Shown: in pieces, positions 48,810-58,186 of the stretch
Layout: every line of letters begins with the position of its first letter
Position numbering within the stretch: position 1 is the stretch's first letter
DNA from: a virus
Lineage: Duplodnaviria; Caudoviricetes
DNA length: 60,656 nucleotides
Strand: one strand, 5' to 3'
IMG/VR virus record: IMGVR_UViG_3300021197_000990
Span: 1 to 60,656 of that record
Notes under the pieces: generated by a model
The model's input: the letters and a program-made list of their open reading frames with translations, nothing else
Told to the model about the DNA's origin: nothing
Databases searched by the model: none
Translations under genes and position numbers: made by a program

Positions 48810-49880
48810 TTACTTAAGACCGAAGATCGCACCACAACCTTTAGGGTTCTTAACCTCTAAAGTAGTTTCTTCAACGATCATGCCAACAGTTGAATCACCT
48901 TTCTGACCTACATCAACTTCCGCCATTGGACGTAATGTAGCTAGAGCGAACCACTGTGGATCATAGATTAATGCACAAGAATCTTTCTTCTCAGCAGCAA
49001 CGATTCCATCATTAGTTTGAAGACCCATGATGTAGTTAGGAACTACCATCAAGTCACCAAAGTCTGACATGTAGATATCTACTGATTGACGTAACTTACC
49101 GCCTTCATCGATGTTACGACGAACACCAGCATCAGATACCATAAGGTCAGAGAAGTCACGACGTAACTTAGGAGACAACATGATCTTAGTAGCAGAACCA
49201 CCTTCTTCATAAATCTTCTGCATAGATGCATCGATATCAGATAATGCTAATGCTGCACGGTTAGCTACTAGGTCTAATGTTGGAGCAGTAGTACCTTTGT
49301 TAGCGTCACCAGAAGCAACAGCTGTACCAGAAGCATATACACAAGTATCTTCAGAGTTAACGAAAGACTGGAAACCACCCATAGTACGAGTACCAGAACC
49401 GTTAGCAACCTGATAACCGTGGATTAAGTCATGCTCAACGTCACGACGTAATTCAGTACCACGCTTCTTAAGTTGGTAAGCATACTCATCAGCAACACCA
49501 GCTTGATCAACAGCACGACGAGTACCAGATACAGCAATAGTCTTACCATTGATTTGAGTGTAGTTACCAAGACGCGTACGGTTAGGTCCAACTAAGTTGA
49601 ACGCAGTACCACCCTCAGAACCACCAGCACCTGGAGCTGCGAAGTCTGCACCGTCAACTAACTTAGAGTCACCTGGAGCAGCTAGCTCATCAGTCTGCCA
49701 CTCATGGAAAACTGCACTTGCTTTTGACTTACCGATAGAAGATAAGAACGGAGTCTCATCACGAGTAATTAATGAAATGAAATTTGCTAAGTCTTCACGT
49801 TGTGAAACGTTAGAGTTAGAAGTACCAGAAGCAACTGCTCCTGCTGGACCTGTGGTTGCGCGACCGCCTGTAGTAGCCAT
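48810..49880 (-). CDS. Major capsid protein (SU10/phiEco32-type, DUF5309-like)
   Basis: REDL...ETPF.S.IG..KA...HEWQTD, GNYTQI, YQL.K..ELRRDVE, SDFG. Confidence 0.9.
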   Translation of the reverse strand: MATTGGRATTGPAGAVASGTSNSNVSQREDLANFISLITRDETPFLSSIGKSKASAVFHEWQTDELAAPGDSKLVDGADFAAPGAGGSEGGTAFNLVGPNRTRLGNYTQINGKTIAVSGTRRAVDQAGVADEYAYQLKKRGTELRRDVEHDLIHGYQVANGSGTRTMGGFQSFVNSEDTCVYASGTAVASGDANKGTTAPTLDLVANRAALALSDIDASMQKIYEEGGSATKIMLSPKLRRDFSDLMVSDAGVRRNIDEGGKLRQSVDIYMSDFGDLMVVPNYIMGLQTNDGIVAAEKKDSCALIYDPQWFALATLRPMAEVDVGQKGDSTVGMIVEETTLEVKNPKGCGAIFGLK

Positions 49881-49910
49881 AATAGACTCTCCTTAATTGA
49901 TTGATTGTTT

Positions 49911-51023
49911 TTAAATGTTACCTAAAGATTTAGCAGCATATTCCCGTAGGAATGCCATCTGATCGTCTTTAGAAGCATCTTCCTTGAAAGCACGAGCTTT
50001 CGTCATTTTAGCCTTATCGGCTTTCTTCTGAGTTACAGTTTTAGCTTTCTTAGCTGGAACAGCTTTCTTAGTTGGAACTGCTTTACGCTTTGCTTCGCCC
50101 TTGCTGACACCTTCTTTTAGTTTACGGTAGTCATTAAGTACGCGAACGATAACTGGATCTGCGATAGTATCTACGATATTCTCATTGATACCTTCACTGA
50201 TAGCGAACTCACGAATTGATAATGCAAGATCTTCATTGAAGCCAGGAACGTGTTCGTCAATAGTTTGATTGAAGTGATTGACTTGCTCTTCCCATGCCTT
50301 CATTTGTTCTGCTTGCTGTTGTGTCTGAATCTTTTCTTGTAATCCTTCACGAGTGTTGCGAGCTTCCCAGTATTGCTTTTGCAATTGCTCACGCTCATCT
50401 TTAAGTTCAGATACTTGGAATGTGTCACCCTCATCACGAGCTGCTTGAATCTTAGCTTCAATGTCATGATATGCTTTAGCGTGACTAGCTTCTTCTTTCA
50501 TCAGAATTGCTGCAGAGGCTTCACTAAGTTGTAAGGCTTCCTGTAGTTTCTCACTACGCTCTTCCTCTATTTGTTTCTTAGCTTCACCAATTTCACGACC
50601 TTTCTTACTAAGTGAGGCATCTGTTTGATAACCTTTTAATAGGTCAGCAAATGAGACATCTAATTCTTCGCCGTCAACTTTGACACGAACTTTAGCATCT
50701 AAGTCTAAGTCATCCGCAGTAAAGATATCAGCTTCTTGGGTAGCGTCTTCGTCTTCATCAGACTCTTCGGCATCCTCATCTTCTAGCTCTTCTACTTCTT
50801 CCTCAACTTCCTCGTCAGTATCGACTTCTTCTGGAATTTCTTGGTCGTCTTCTATTTCCAGTTCAGCCGTGTCGTCAATCAGCTCATGTTCTTCAGGTAG
50901 CGGTTCAACTTCATCCACAAATTGTGAACTAGAAAGAACGGCATCTAACAAGGCTTGTTCCGACTGTGCGTCAGCACCTGGAATGTCATCGCTATGCGGT
51001 AGAGATTCGTTGTGTACTGTCAT
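49911..51023 (-). CDS. Scaffolding protein
   Basis: Acidic N-terminus, VKVDGEELDVSFADLLKGYQ, coiled coil; immediately upstream of the capsid gene. Confidence 0.85.
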   Translation of the reverse strand: MTVHNESLPHSDDIPGADAQSEQALLDAVLSSSQFVDEVEPLPEEHELIDDTAELEIEDDQEIPEEVDTDEEVEEEVEELEDEDAEESDEDEDATQEADIFTADDLDLDAKVRVKVDGEELDVSFADLLKGYQTDASLSKKGREIGEAKKQIEEERSEKLQEALQLSEASAAILMKEEASHAKAYHDIEAKIQAARDEGDTFQVSELKDEREQLQKQYWEARNTREGLQEKIQTQQQAEQMKAWEEQVNHFNQTIDEHVPGFNEDLALSIREFAISEGINENIVDTIADPVIVRVLNDYRKLKEGVSKGEAKRKAVPTKKAVPAKKAKTVTQKKADKAKMTKARAFKEDASKDDQMAFLREYAAKSLGNI

Positions 51024-51039
51024 AAATTATTCTCCTCGA

Positions 51040-51240
51040 TTACTTCGTAGTTTTAGCAGCTGAAGTTTTTGCTGCAGGTTTAGTGGTTTGTTTCTTATAA
51101 ATGTCAAGTAGGTTATGAAGGTCTACTAGAGAACCTGCATTCATCTTACATTTACCACTAGAACGCATTGAATCATACTCAAGCGCGTTAATCATACCTT
51201 CGATATTATGGATCAAAGCTTCTTTATTTATTTCTCTCAT
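51040..51240 (-). CDS. Hypothetical protein
   Basis: Coupled ORF. Confidence 0.65.
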   Translation of the reverse strand: MREINKEALIHNIEGMINALEYDSMRSSGKCKMNAGSLVDLHNLLDIYKKQTTKPAAKTSAAKTTK

Positions 51241-51551
51241 TGTCCGTTGTCCTCTTCGTTGTTGCCCATAAATGGAACGTTGGCACCATACATTTCGTAC
51301 TGTGCTAGTTTACCTTTAACATCACCAAGTGCTAATACACAAGAGTATATAAACTCTCTAGCTTTAGTCTCATGTGGTTCTGTCTTTAAAAACTGTAAAT
51401 AATAGTCTACCATTAGCTCGCCGTAAGCACCAGTAAAGAACTCTTCTCGTTCACGTTTAGCGAACTCTGCCTTTACTAATGCTTCTTTAGCTTGAACATC
51501 TGGATGAACACCTTTCAACTTCTTCTCAGCTGACTGCTTGTATTTGTTCAT
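51237..51551 (-). CDS. Hypothetical head-module protein
   Basis: ORF with AAGGA RBS. Confidence 0.7.
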   Translation of the reverse strand: MNKYKQSAEKKLKGVHPDVQAKEALVKAEFAKREREEFFTGAYGELMVDYYLQFLKTEPHETKAREFIYSCVLALGDVKGKLAQYEMYGANVPFMGNNEEDNGQ

Positions 51552-51560
51552 TACTGTTCC

Positions 51561-51923
51561 TTATACTTGTGCGACATAGATGCCAGGGAAATTAGTGGCA
51601 TTTGGTGTATGTCTAGTACCTGTAGAGATAAGACTATGTCCACCTTCAAATGATAACGTTACGTCGTTTGATACACCTTCTTGGTTTATAATAACAAGAT
51701 GTATACATTCATCAGGACCTAGTTTGTAGCTACCAGTATCTAAGTCAGAGCTATTACCGCCTTCCTCATGGATTTGAATTGCTACTTTATCAGCGATATC
51801 TTGAGTTACTGTAAGAGTAGATCCAGTGTGGTTCCATACTAGATACTCTACTATCTGACTAGCTGTAAGGCTTATTGTAACAGGATCTAAAGTACCGTTA
51901 CTGTTTATAGAATTACGAGGCAT
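51561..51923 (-). CDS. Hypothetical protein
   Basis: Coupled ORF. Confidence 0.65.
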   Translation of the reverse strand: MPRNSINSNGTLDPVTISLTASQIVEYLVWNHTGSTLTVTQDIADKVAIQIHEEGGNSSDLDTGSYKLGPDECIHLVIINQEGVSNDVTLSFEGGHSLISTGTRHTPNATNFPGIYVAQV

Positions 51924-52585
51924 TAACCTTCTCCTTTATTCATAGCCGCTATAGTATTCGAGATGTGTTCTAGTCTTTTGACAACACCATCATTCGGATC
52001 TTTACTTTTGCGACTCTTATATTCTTTATGATCTAGTATCTCTTTGGCTGCTTCAGCATAGTTGCCGTTGTTGAAATGCTTAACCCATTTAAACTTAGGT
52101 TTCATATCACCACGGTACTTTGCACTTAGTAAAGCTGCTTTGACATCTTCAGGTTGATCGTTGTATGAAGGAATGATATTAGCTAAGTCAGACTCTTGAC
52201 GTTTGAACACTTGGCTTAGTGGCATATTTAAATACTCACCAGTCTGTCCGACGCCTCCAGTTTCTACTGGGTTCTTCTCACGGTCATCCATATATCTACC
52301 TGCGAAGAAACCTTCTTCACGTACTAGATGTTTAAACCGAGGTTCTAACTCACGACCTAATCGTTTCTCTACTTCCTTTACTGCTTTATCACCACTGAAA
52401 TATCTATCATCAGAGAATACTTCTGTATTTGGTATAGCTTTGCGTTGCAGTTCTGCATCAGACAATAACATCTTAGGTGAAGCTAGAGGAGGTTTTGGTA
52501 TCCCAGGAACTTCCTCTTCTTCTTTACCTAGCGCTAAAGGACCTGCGGCGTTTGATAACATCGTCATATTAAACGGGTTAATCAT
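51923..52585 (-). CDS. Lysozyme-like muramidase (GH24/pesticin-like)
   Basis: EEGF....YMD....TGGVGQ and FNNGNYAEAAKEIL. Confidence 0.72.
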   Translation of the reverse strand: MINPFNMTMLSNAAGPLALGKEEEEVPGIPKPPLASPKMLLSDAELQRKAIPNTEVFSDDRYFSGDKAVKEVEKRLGRELEPRFKHLVREEGFFAGRYMDDREKNPVETGGVGQTGEYLNMPLSQVFKRQESDLANIIPSYNDQPEDVKAALLSAKYRGDMKPKFKWVKHFNNGNYAEAAKEILDHKEYKSRKSKDPNDGVVKRLEHISNTIAAMNKGEG

Positions 52586-52593
52586 ACTACCTC

Positions 52594-54732
52594 CTATTGT
52601 CCTTTAATTAATTGTCTAGCTAATGCAATGATTTGATCATATCCAGGATGTTCAGGAAGAGCTGTGCCTTCTTTGGTTGCCTTAATAGTTAAGTCAGCCC
52701 ATTCTTGGAAATGCTTATCAATACTTACTGCTAGCTGTTTAGTGTTATCATCTTCTGTATTCTTAGTCTGAGCTGTAGTATACGCAATGTTTGCTTGAGC
52801 TAAAGCCATATCAGCTTGTAACTTCTGCTGAGCTAATTCTTGCTCTTGTTGCGCTTTCTCAGATTGAGACTGCACTGCTTTCTCTGCACGCTCTTTAAAC
52901 TCATCAGTAGTATAGTCTTCTAGGAAGTCTGCACTATCTAAGCCCATGGCTTCTATTAGCTGAGTTGCTAAGATTGCTGGAGCTTCAGGCTTAACAGCCA
53001 TACCTGCACCTGCTTGATTAAGCTGAGGTAGGATGTTCTGAGCAACTGATTGTAGCTTCTGAATCTTATTAGCATTTGAGTTTTCACCAAGGTCGATAAA
53101 GATCTCACAATCTAAATCACGTGGTAAACGAGAAGCATCGATCTTCAGTAGTCTACCATCAACTGGTAACTGAGCACCTAGCTGATTTTTATGAATACAA
53201 AGATATACACCTTTACATAAACGTTTTAATCCAGTCTCTGCAAATCTACGAGCAATATGTTGCACTCGCTTTTGAGAAGCAGATTGAACAGCAGCCATTT
53301 TAGCTTCACTGTTACCAGACACATACAAGTTATCATTAAGACCTTGAGCGGCTTTAGACATACCTGTAGCTTGTTCTTTTATTAATTGTAAATGAGACAG
53401 CAATGGAACTGTACCTGTAGATATAGTATCAGGAGCTAACGCAGCTACTGCACCATTAGGATTACCATTAGTAGCAATGATCTGCTTAGGCTTCATATTC
53501 TGAAGAGCAGAGAAATCTACTACATTAGGATCTGCTAGCTTAGGTGAATAGTTAGTTAAGTATGTATTCTCAACAAAACCACGCATAATAGCTGTAGATG
53601 CTAAAGTAGAGCTACGAGTCATATCAGCGATTGATAGACCATGGAACTCATATGGGATATCGATAGGACATAAGCTTGCAATTGGAACCATATCACAATC
53701 TTCTTCTAGTAAGATATGCTCACCAGCCCTTATGAAATGTTTAAGCTCAGCAATGCCGTCGCCATCTCTATCTACTTCTAACCAACATTCGGTTACAGTT
53801 ACTTCTCTATTAGCTTCTAGTGGAAACAATGAGTCCGCACCAGAGTAATATTCTTGACCTGTCACTGCTTTACGTGCTGCTACTTCTGTGTTGTAGCTAG
53901 CTGTATCTCCAGCCCAGGTACCATCTTCACTTAACTCGCACCACTCATCTTCAGTTAACTCATCAGCAACTTCAGGCCACCAACGTCTGATCTCACTTCG
54001 TGTCATTGTTGTTTGAATCCCAACGAATGAAGCATCATCAATAGTCTTAGCATCTGCAGAGATACGGAAGTTCTCTGGTGGTACGTTCTCGATTTTAACT
54101 CGAGACTTGTTAATTGTTCTTTTAATTCGTACGTCAACGTAGACTAGTTCAGCTTCACCTGTTTCGTCAAAGTCGTTTTCATACTGCAGTTCACCAACGA
54201 TCTCTACGTTCTCGTCGGCTAGTAGTTCGTCTAAGCGAGTCTGAGATATCTTCTCATACTCTTCAAAGTCGATACAAAAATCTTCTACATAATCCCATCT
54301 GATGATAGAATTCTTCCACAGCAAGGCAGATTTAATCCAAGTCTGTAGGGTTTCCCATCCGCTATTCTGTTTGAATAAGCAGTGGTTAGTTAATAATGAC
54401 GCTTGATGCGCGATCTTGTGAGATTCAGGTGAACCATCATAAGGTACAAATCGAGCTAACTTTTGATTATTTAGAAATAAATCACAGATTAAAGCTGTAT
54501 AAGCTTCAACGGTCTCAGTAGTTGACGAATCAACAATAGCTGAAACACCTTGTGGTGCTAGGTGACCGTTAGCCATACCAGCATATTCATAGGTAGACTT
54601 CAAACGCTCAGACGATAAGTCTGAACTGTTAAGCCAATCACCAACTGAATTACTGATACCAGAGTCAATAAGGTTGACTAAGGCTTCATCTGTAACTTTC
54701 TCTTTATAGTTTTGACCACCTAGCTTTGACAT
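52594..54732 (-). CDS. Portal protein
   Basis: 712 aa; VPPENFRIS, DRDGDGIAEL; follows terminase. Confidence 0.9.
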   Translation of the reverse strand: MSKLGGQNYKEKVTDEALVNLIDSGISNSVGDWLNSSDLSSERLKSTYEYAGMANGHLAPQGVSAIVDSSTTETVEAYTALICDLFLNNQKLARFVPYDGSPESHKIAHQASLLTNHCLFKQNSGWETLQTWIKSALLWKNSIIRWDYVEDFCIDFEEYEKISQTRLDELLADENVEIVGELQYENDFDETGEAELVYVDVRIKRTINKSRVKIENVPPENFRISADAKTIDDASFVGIQTTMTRSEIRRWWPEVADELTEDEWCELSEDGTWAGDTASYNTEVAARKAVTGQEYYSGADSLFPLEANREVTVTECWLEVDRDGDGIAELKHFIRAGEHILLEEDCDMVPIASLCPIDIPYEFHGLSIADMTRSSTLASTAIMRGFVENTYLTNYSPKLADPNVVDFSALQNMKPKQIIATNGNPNGAVAALAPDTISTGTVPLLSHLQLIKEQATGMSKAAQGLNDNLYVSGNSEAKMAAVQSASQKRVQHIARRFAETGLKRLCKGVYLCIHKNQLGAQLPVDGRLLKIDASRLPRDLDCEIFIDLGENSNANKIQKLQSVAQNILPQLNQAGAGMAVKPEAPAILATQLIEAMGLDSADFLEDYTTDEFKERAEKAVQSQSEKAQQEQELAQQKLQADMALAQANIAYTTAQTKNTEDDNTKQLAVSIDKHFQEWADLTIKATKEGTALPEHPGYDQIIALARQLIKGQ

Positions 54733-54878
54733 TATCGATGTCCTCCTAAGAACGGACGATCTTTAGTATTCTTAAGATCTTTACTAGTATAATGACCAGG
54801 CTGTGGTGTCTTCGCCGGTTTCTTCTTATCTTGAGAAGTAGGCGCCGACTTATTTAATCGTGCTTCGTTAAAACGCAT
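54732..54878 (-). CDS. Small basic protein, 48 aa (not in ORF track)
   Basis: AGGAGG RBS; stop overlaps the portal start. Confidence 0.65.
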   Translation of the reverse strand: MRFNEARLNKSAPTSQDKKKPAKTPQPGHYTSKDLKNTKDRPFLGGHR

Positions 54879-54904
54879 TGTAACCTCCTAGGTTCTATCA
54901 ATCT

Positions 54905-55060
54905 ATCTGCGCAAGATGGACTTGTACTATTGCTACTTGGCGTGAGCCATAGAGTATGAAACCTCTAGTAGGTACGGTACCGTCCGGTGAAAATTGCCCA
55001 TTTTAAGTCTGGGCCCGACTCGAGGACTCTGTATAGAATTTCTCTAAATTGTTTTACTTA
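54905..55060 (-). ncRNA. Candidate structured RNA (pseudoknot plus three-way junction) in the portal-operon leader
   Basis: Pairings found by eye; lies just downstream of the putative late promoter. Confidence 0.45.
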
Positions 55061-55075
55061 CCCATAAGGGTTACA
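55061..55075 (-). promoter_or_regulatory. Putative late promoter TGTAACCCTTATGGG
   Basis: Exact copy of 28911-28925. Confidence 0.75.
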
Positions 55076-55080
55076 TCAAA

Positions 55081-56748
55081 TCAAAGCCACTTAGTATCGT
55101 TACTAAAATCTATAGCTCCGGTTCTCTGACGCCATGAGACATTGCTTCTAGATAGCTTATCCCAATGAGTACGTAGTACTTCACAACCCATAGCTAAAGC
55201 CATAACTGTGTCATCATAACATCCTGGTGCTGCTTCAGTCTTACCTGTTGCAGTAGACACATAATCCTTCAATTCTTGAATCATTACGTTAGATGGTATG
55301 TTGATCTCTTCATTCTCTATTAGGTTCTTTAGATTACCTATGATTGCAGGCTTAGATGCTGAGGTTGTCCTAAAACCTAAGCGTAGCCCTTCATCGTTAG
55401 AGACATTAGCTATTTTAGTCTGCTTATATAAGTTGATATAGTTCATAGACTCTAGCTTCTGCAGCGTAGCAATACCCATACTGTTACTCTCTACACATAA
55501 TAAAGCATTATTGTAATAACGCCCTAGGTAGAATAGGAACTCTCCATACAGACTAGGATCAATCCTATTGTCTCTATATAAAGCTACTACTCTGTGTTGA
55601 GCATCTAATACTACAGCTGCTGAACTATCTTGTCCTACACCTAATGCTACATCGGCTGCGATTACATAGTTACTATCAAAGTCTGGGAAGTCCCATATCT
55701 GTAGTTTACCCTCGCGGCTTTCATCAAACATCTTGCTGTGCGGATCCCACGTCATGTTACGCTGGGCTGCTGCAGGAAGTAGCGCGTCCAGTTTCTCTGT
55801 GTTGAATACGTTACTACCACTTACAATGAACGCTTCATCTGGCGTTGCTGGATACTCTTGTTTGAATTTGAGTTCTCCACCTTCTGCAATTTTGAGTCTT
55901 CTCCAATATAATTGGTCAAGGGATAGATCATACTTCTCTTGAAGCTTCTCCTCCTCTAAAGAGAGCTCCATCCCCTCCGGTGCCTCTCTCTGATACTCCT
56001 GAGTCCAGAACCATGGTAGGAAGATAGGAATATACTCGTTCTCTCCAGCCATAGCACCTTTCCATAGACGGTAGAATTCACCCTGAGCACCATTAGCGGT
56101 AGACTCTAGAATAACCTCGGTACCTGCAGCCTGTGAGATACCTTGGAACATACCAGCAAGTATCTTCTCATCGTGTGTCCAGAAGGCAACCTCAGACAAG
56201 TGAGCTATCGTTGGTGTTGTACCACGTCCCGCTTCCGGTGAACCGGCTGTGTATAGTCTATAAGATCCTATAGCCTCCTTATCTCTATACCATGGGCTAT
56301 TTATCTTTATCTCTTTAGCATTAGACGTTATCTCTTTAGGTTTAAGATCTCCATCCATATTCTTAATTAAGTTCTTACTCATACCGAACAGTGCATCAGA
56401 GGTAGCACTATCGTGAGCCATAACTACAGATCTAGAGTGGGGTGAGAAGTAAGACTTCCAGAATACCCTACCTGCACAGTACGTACTTATGCCTTGTTGT
56501 CGGGCTTTAAGGATTATAGCTCTAACCTTACCTGTCTCTTCAACCTGCTTAGCTAGCTTGTCAGTAATATACTTCTGCGCTTCATTTAGATGGAAGGGTA
56601 CAAAGCCCTTACTAGCATCTTTAGTTACAATTTGTATCTGCTCCTCAGCGAACTTAGCGAAGTCCGTTGAGTAGTCTTTAAGTTTATCACGCTTATCCTT
56701 CTCCTTGAGGAGCCGAATAGCCTGAGCCTTAGTAATCTTATTAGTCAT
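55081..56748 (-). CDS. terL: Terminase large subunit
   Basis: ILKARQQGIST, HLSEVAF, LESTANG, ADVALG, DDTVMA. Confidence 0.96.
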   Translation of the reverse strand: MTNKITKAQAIRLLKEKDKRDKLKDYSTDFAKFAEEQIQIVTKDASKGFVPFHLNEAQKYITDKLAKQVEETGKVRAIILKARQQGISTYCAGRVFWKSYFSPHSRSVVMAHDSATSDALFGMSKNLIKNMDGDLKPKEITSNAKEIKINSPWYRDKEAIGSYRLYTAGSPEAGRGTTPTIAHLSEVAFWTHDEKILAGMFQGISQAAGTEVILESTANGAQGEFYRLWKGAMAGENEYIPIFLPWFWTQEYQREAPEGMELSLEEEKLQEKYDLSLDQLYWRRLKIAEGGELKFKQEYPATPDEAFIVSGSNVFNTEKLDALLPAAAQRNMTWDPHSKMFDESREGKLQIWDFPDFDSNYVIAADVALGVGQDSSAAVVLDAQHRVVALYRDNRIDPSLYGEFLFYLGRYYNNALLCVESNSMGIATLQKLESMNYINLYKQTKIANVSNDEGLRLGFRTTSASKPAIIGNLKNLIENEEINIPSNVMIQELKDYVSTATGKTEAAPGCYDDTVMALAMGCEVLRTHWDKLSRSNVSWRQRTGAIDFSNDTKWL

Positions 56749-56885
56749 TATGAGTCCTCATTCTGTATAGACAAATAATACTTAATGGTGAAGGGGGTAA
56801 AAGCCCTTTGGTATACCTATATTATTTTTATATGTCTGCTATTTGCTAATATAATTCAGGTGGCCCCAGGGTTCCTTAGAGTTCA

Positions 56886-56899
56886 CCATAAGGGTTACA
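56886..56899 (-). promoter_or_regulatory. Putative late promoter upstream of terL
   Basis: TGTAACCCTTATGG(TG) on the minus strand. Confidence 0.7.
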
Positions 56900-57376
56900 T
56901 CAGGGATTATGCTATGTGGAGTAGACTATCAGTGACTGTGAGATGCTGTGGGGAGACTATTAGGAGACTATGAGATCTTAAGGGTGAAGGGGGTAGCTTA
57001 TGTTAGTCTAAGCTCAGGGCAGCTATGTCTCAGTCAACCTATAAAGTAGGTAATAATATATAGTACCCTTAATAATCCCACGGGCCCCCTCAACTCTCCC
57101 CTCACTCCCTCCCCTAATCCTCTCCCTCCCAGTGATTTACTCCGGGATACTACCAGTCACCGTGGGTATTATAAGGTCTTAGGGTTGATCTGAGGGATCC
57201 TGAGGGTGTATCGTGAGTAGGGTATAGGAGCTTAGAGTGCTTTAGCGGTGATCTTGCGGTGGGATTAGGACTTGGAGGTGGCTGTGAGTGGGCCGTGGGG
57301 CAATGGCTTATATCAGATCCTAAAGTTCCCTACAGTTTCTTGTAGTCTACCTACATTGTCTACTATTTAACCTTCT

Positions 57377-57391
57377 TGTAACCCTTATGGG
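57377..57391 (+). promoter_or_regulatory. Same motif in the opposite orientation, pointing into the early region
   Basis: TGTAACCCTTATGGG on the plus strand. Confidence 0.65.
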
Positions 57392-57654
57392 TCCTGGGGT
57401 TTCTATAAGTCCTATCTACTATAAGTATACTCTATGATCTTATATACTTACTCTACGATCATATAGTCACCTGTGTGTATCACCTGTGAGTTACCCGTGA
57501 GTACCTGTGAGTGTGTGGTACTGTGAGTATAGACTATAAATATAGACATAAGATAGATGCTAACAGGCTAGAATAAAGGGGAGATGTAGGGATTAATTTG
57601 TCAGCAGTTGTTTATGTATCTTAATGGTGAGGAGTGTCTATTATGTCTACGTAT

Positions 57655-57844
57655 ATTGTGTTGCTTCGCAACCCAACCTGACGTTTGGTATCTCAGAGCA
57701 TTGTGTTGCTTCGCAACCCAACCTGACGTTTACTGTAGTCTGCTGCTGTTAGCAATAGCTTACGAGCATTGTGTTGCTTCGCAACCCAACCTGACGTTTG
57801 GTGTCTTAAAGTATTGTGTTGCTTCGCAACCCAACCTGACGTTT
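57655..57844 (+). promoter_or_regulatory. Four identical 32-bp repeats containing an N4 vRNAP-type hairpin promoter
   Basis: ATTGTGTTGCTTCGCAACCCAACCTGACGTTT at 57655, 57700, 57768 and 57813; template strand GTTGC-GAA-GCAAC. Confidence 0.78.
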
Positions 57845-57886
57845 ACTGAAGCCTGCAGCTGCTCCTCATGATACTAGACGATATGG

Positions 57887-57906
57887 TGTCCACGTGAACG
57901 TGTCCA
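57887..57906 (+). promoter_or_regulatory. Motif C copy
   Basis: TGTCCACGTGAACGTGTCCA. Confidence 0.65.
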
Positions 57907-57940
57907 CTCTCATGGTATCTTGTATATCACGTAATGGTTA

Positions 57941-58041
57941 GGCCAGCCGATTGGTCCGAGGTACAGAAGTCTTTGTATCAGGTTCAAGCACGAATACGTC
58001 TGATCAGCGAAGTGATCCAGGTTACAAAAGTCCATGTAACT
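57941..58041 (+). ncRNA. Candidate structured RNA: duplicated two-hairpin module
   Basis: Two modules with covarying stems and AAGTC in the second hairpin. Confidence 0.4.
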
Positions 58042-58088
58042 TCATACGGCAATTCAACATCTAACTTAATAACCAAGAGGATTTTATT

Positions 58089-58184
58089 ATGTCTCCAGAA
58101 TGGATCGTATTAATCACATTAGTTTCAGTAGTATTAACAGCATCATGTCTTGGTGTTTTCTTAGCTAAAGTTATGGAGTGCTAA
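58089..58184 (+). CDS. Small membrane peptide, 31 aa (not in ORF track)
   Basis: GAGGA RBS; single hydrophobic helix. Confidence 0.6.
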   Translation: MSPEWIVLITLVSVVLTASCLGVFLAKVMEC

Positions 58185-58186
58185 TC

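Noticed and set aside
54905-55060. Known self-cleaving ribozyme or phi29 pRNA
   Set aside because: No hammerhead core on either strand, and the two junction loops are not complementary; kept only as an unclassified RNA candidate
1518-56973. Many short antisense or alternate-frame ORFs in the track (e.g. 1518-1934, 6749-7192, 27169-27675, 29586-30134, 50680-51063)
   Set aside because: They overlap well-supported genes and are explained by codon-pattern shadows
57655-57844. Mini CRISPR array
   Set aside because: Spacers are 13/36/13 nt and resemble each other, no cas genes are present, and the hairpin fits a vRNAP promoter better
57608-57871. 87-aa ORF across the repeats
   Set aside because: Repeats are read in different frames, TTG start; by-product of the DNA repeats
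57960-58045. tRNA gene (GGTTCAAG)
   Set aside because: No cloverleaf could be built around it; no tRNA recognised anywhere by eye
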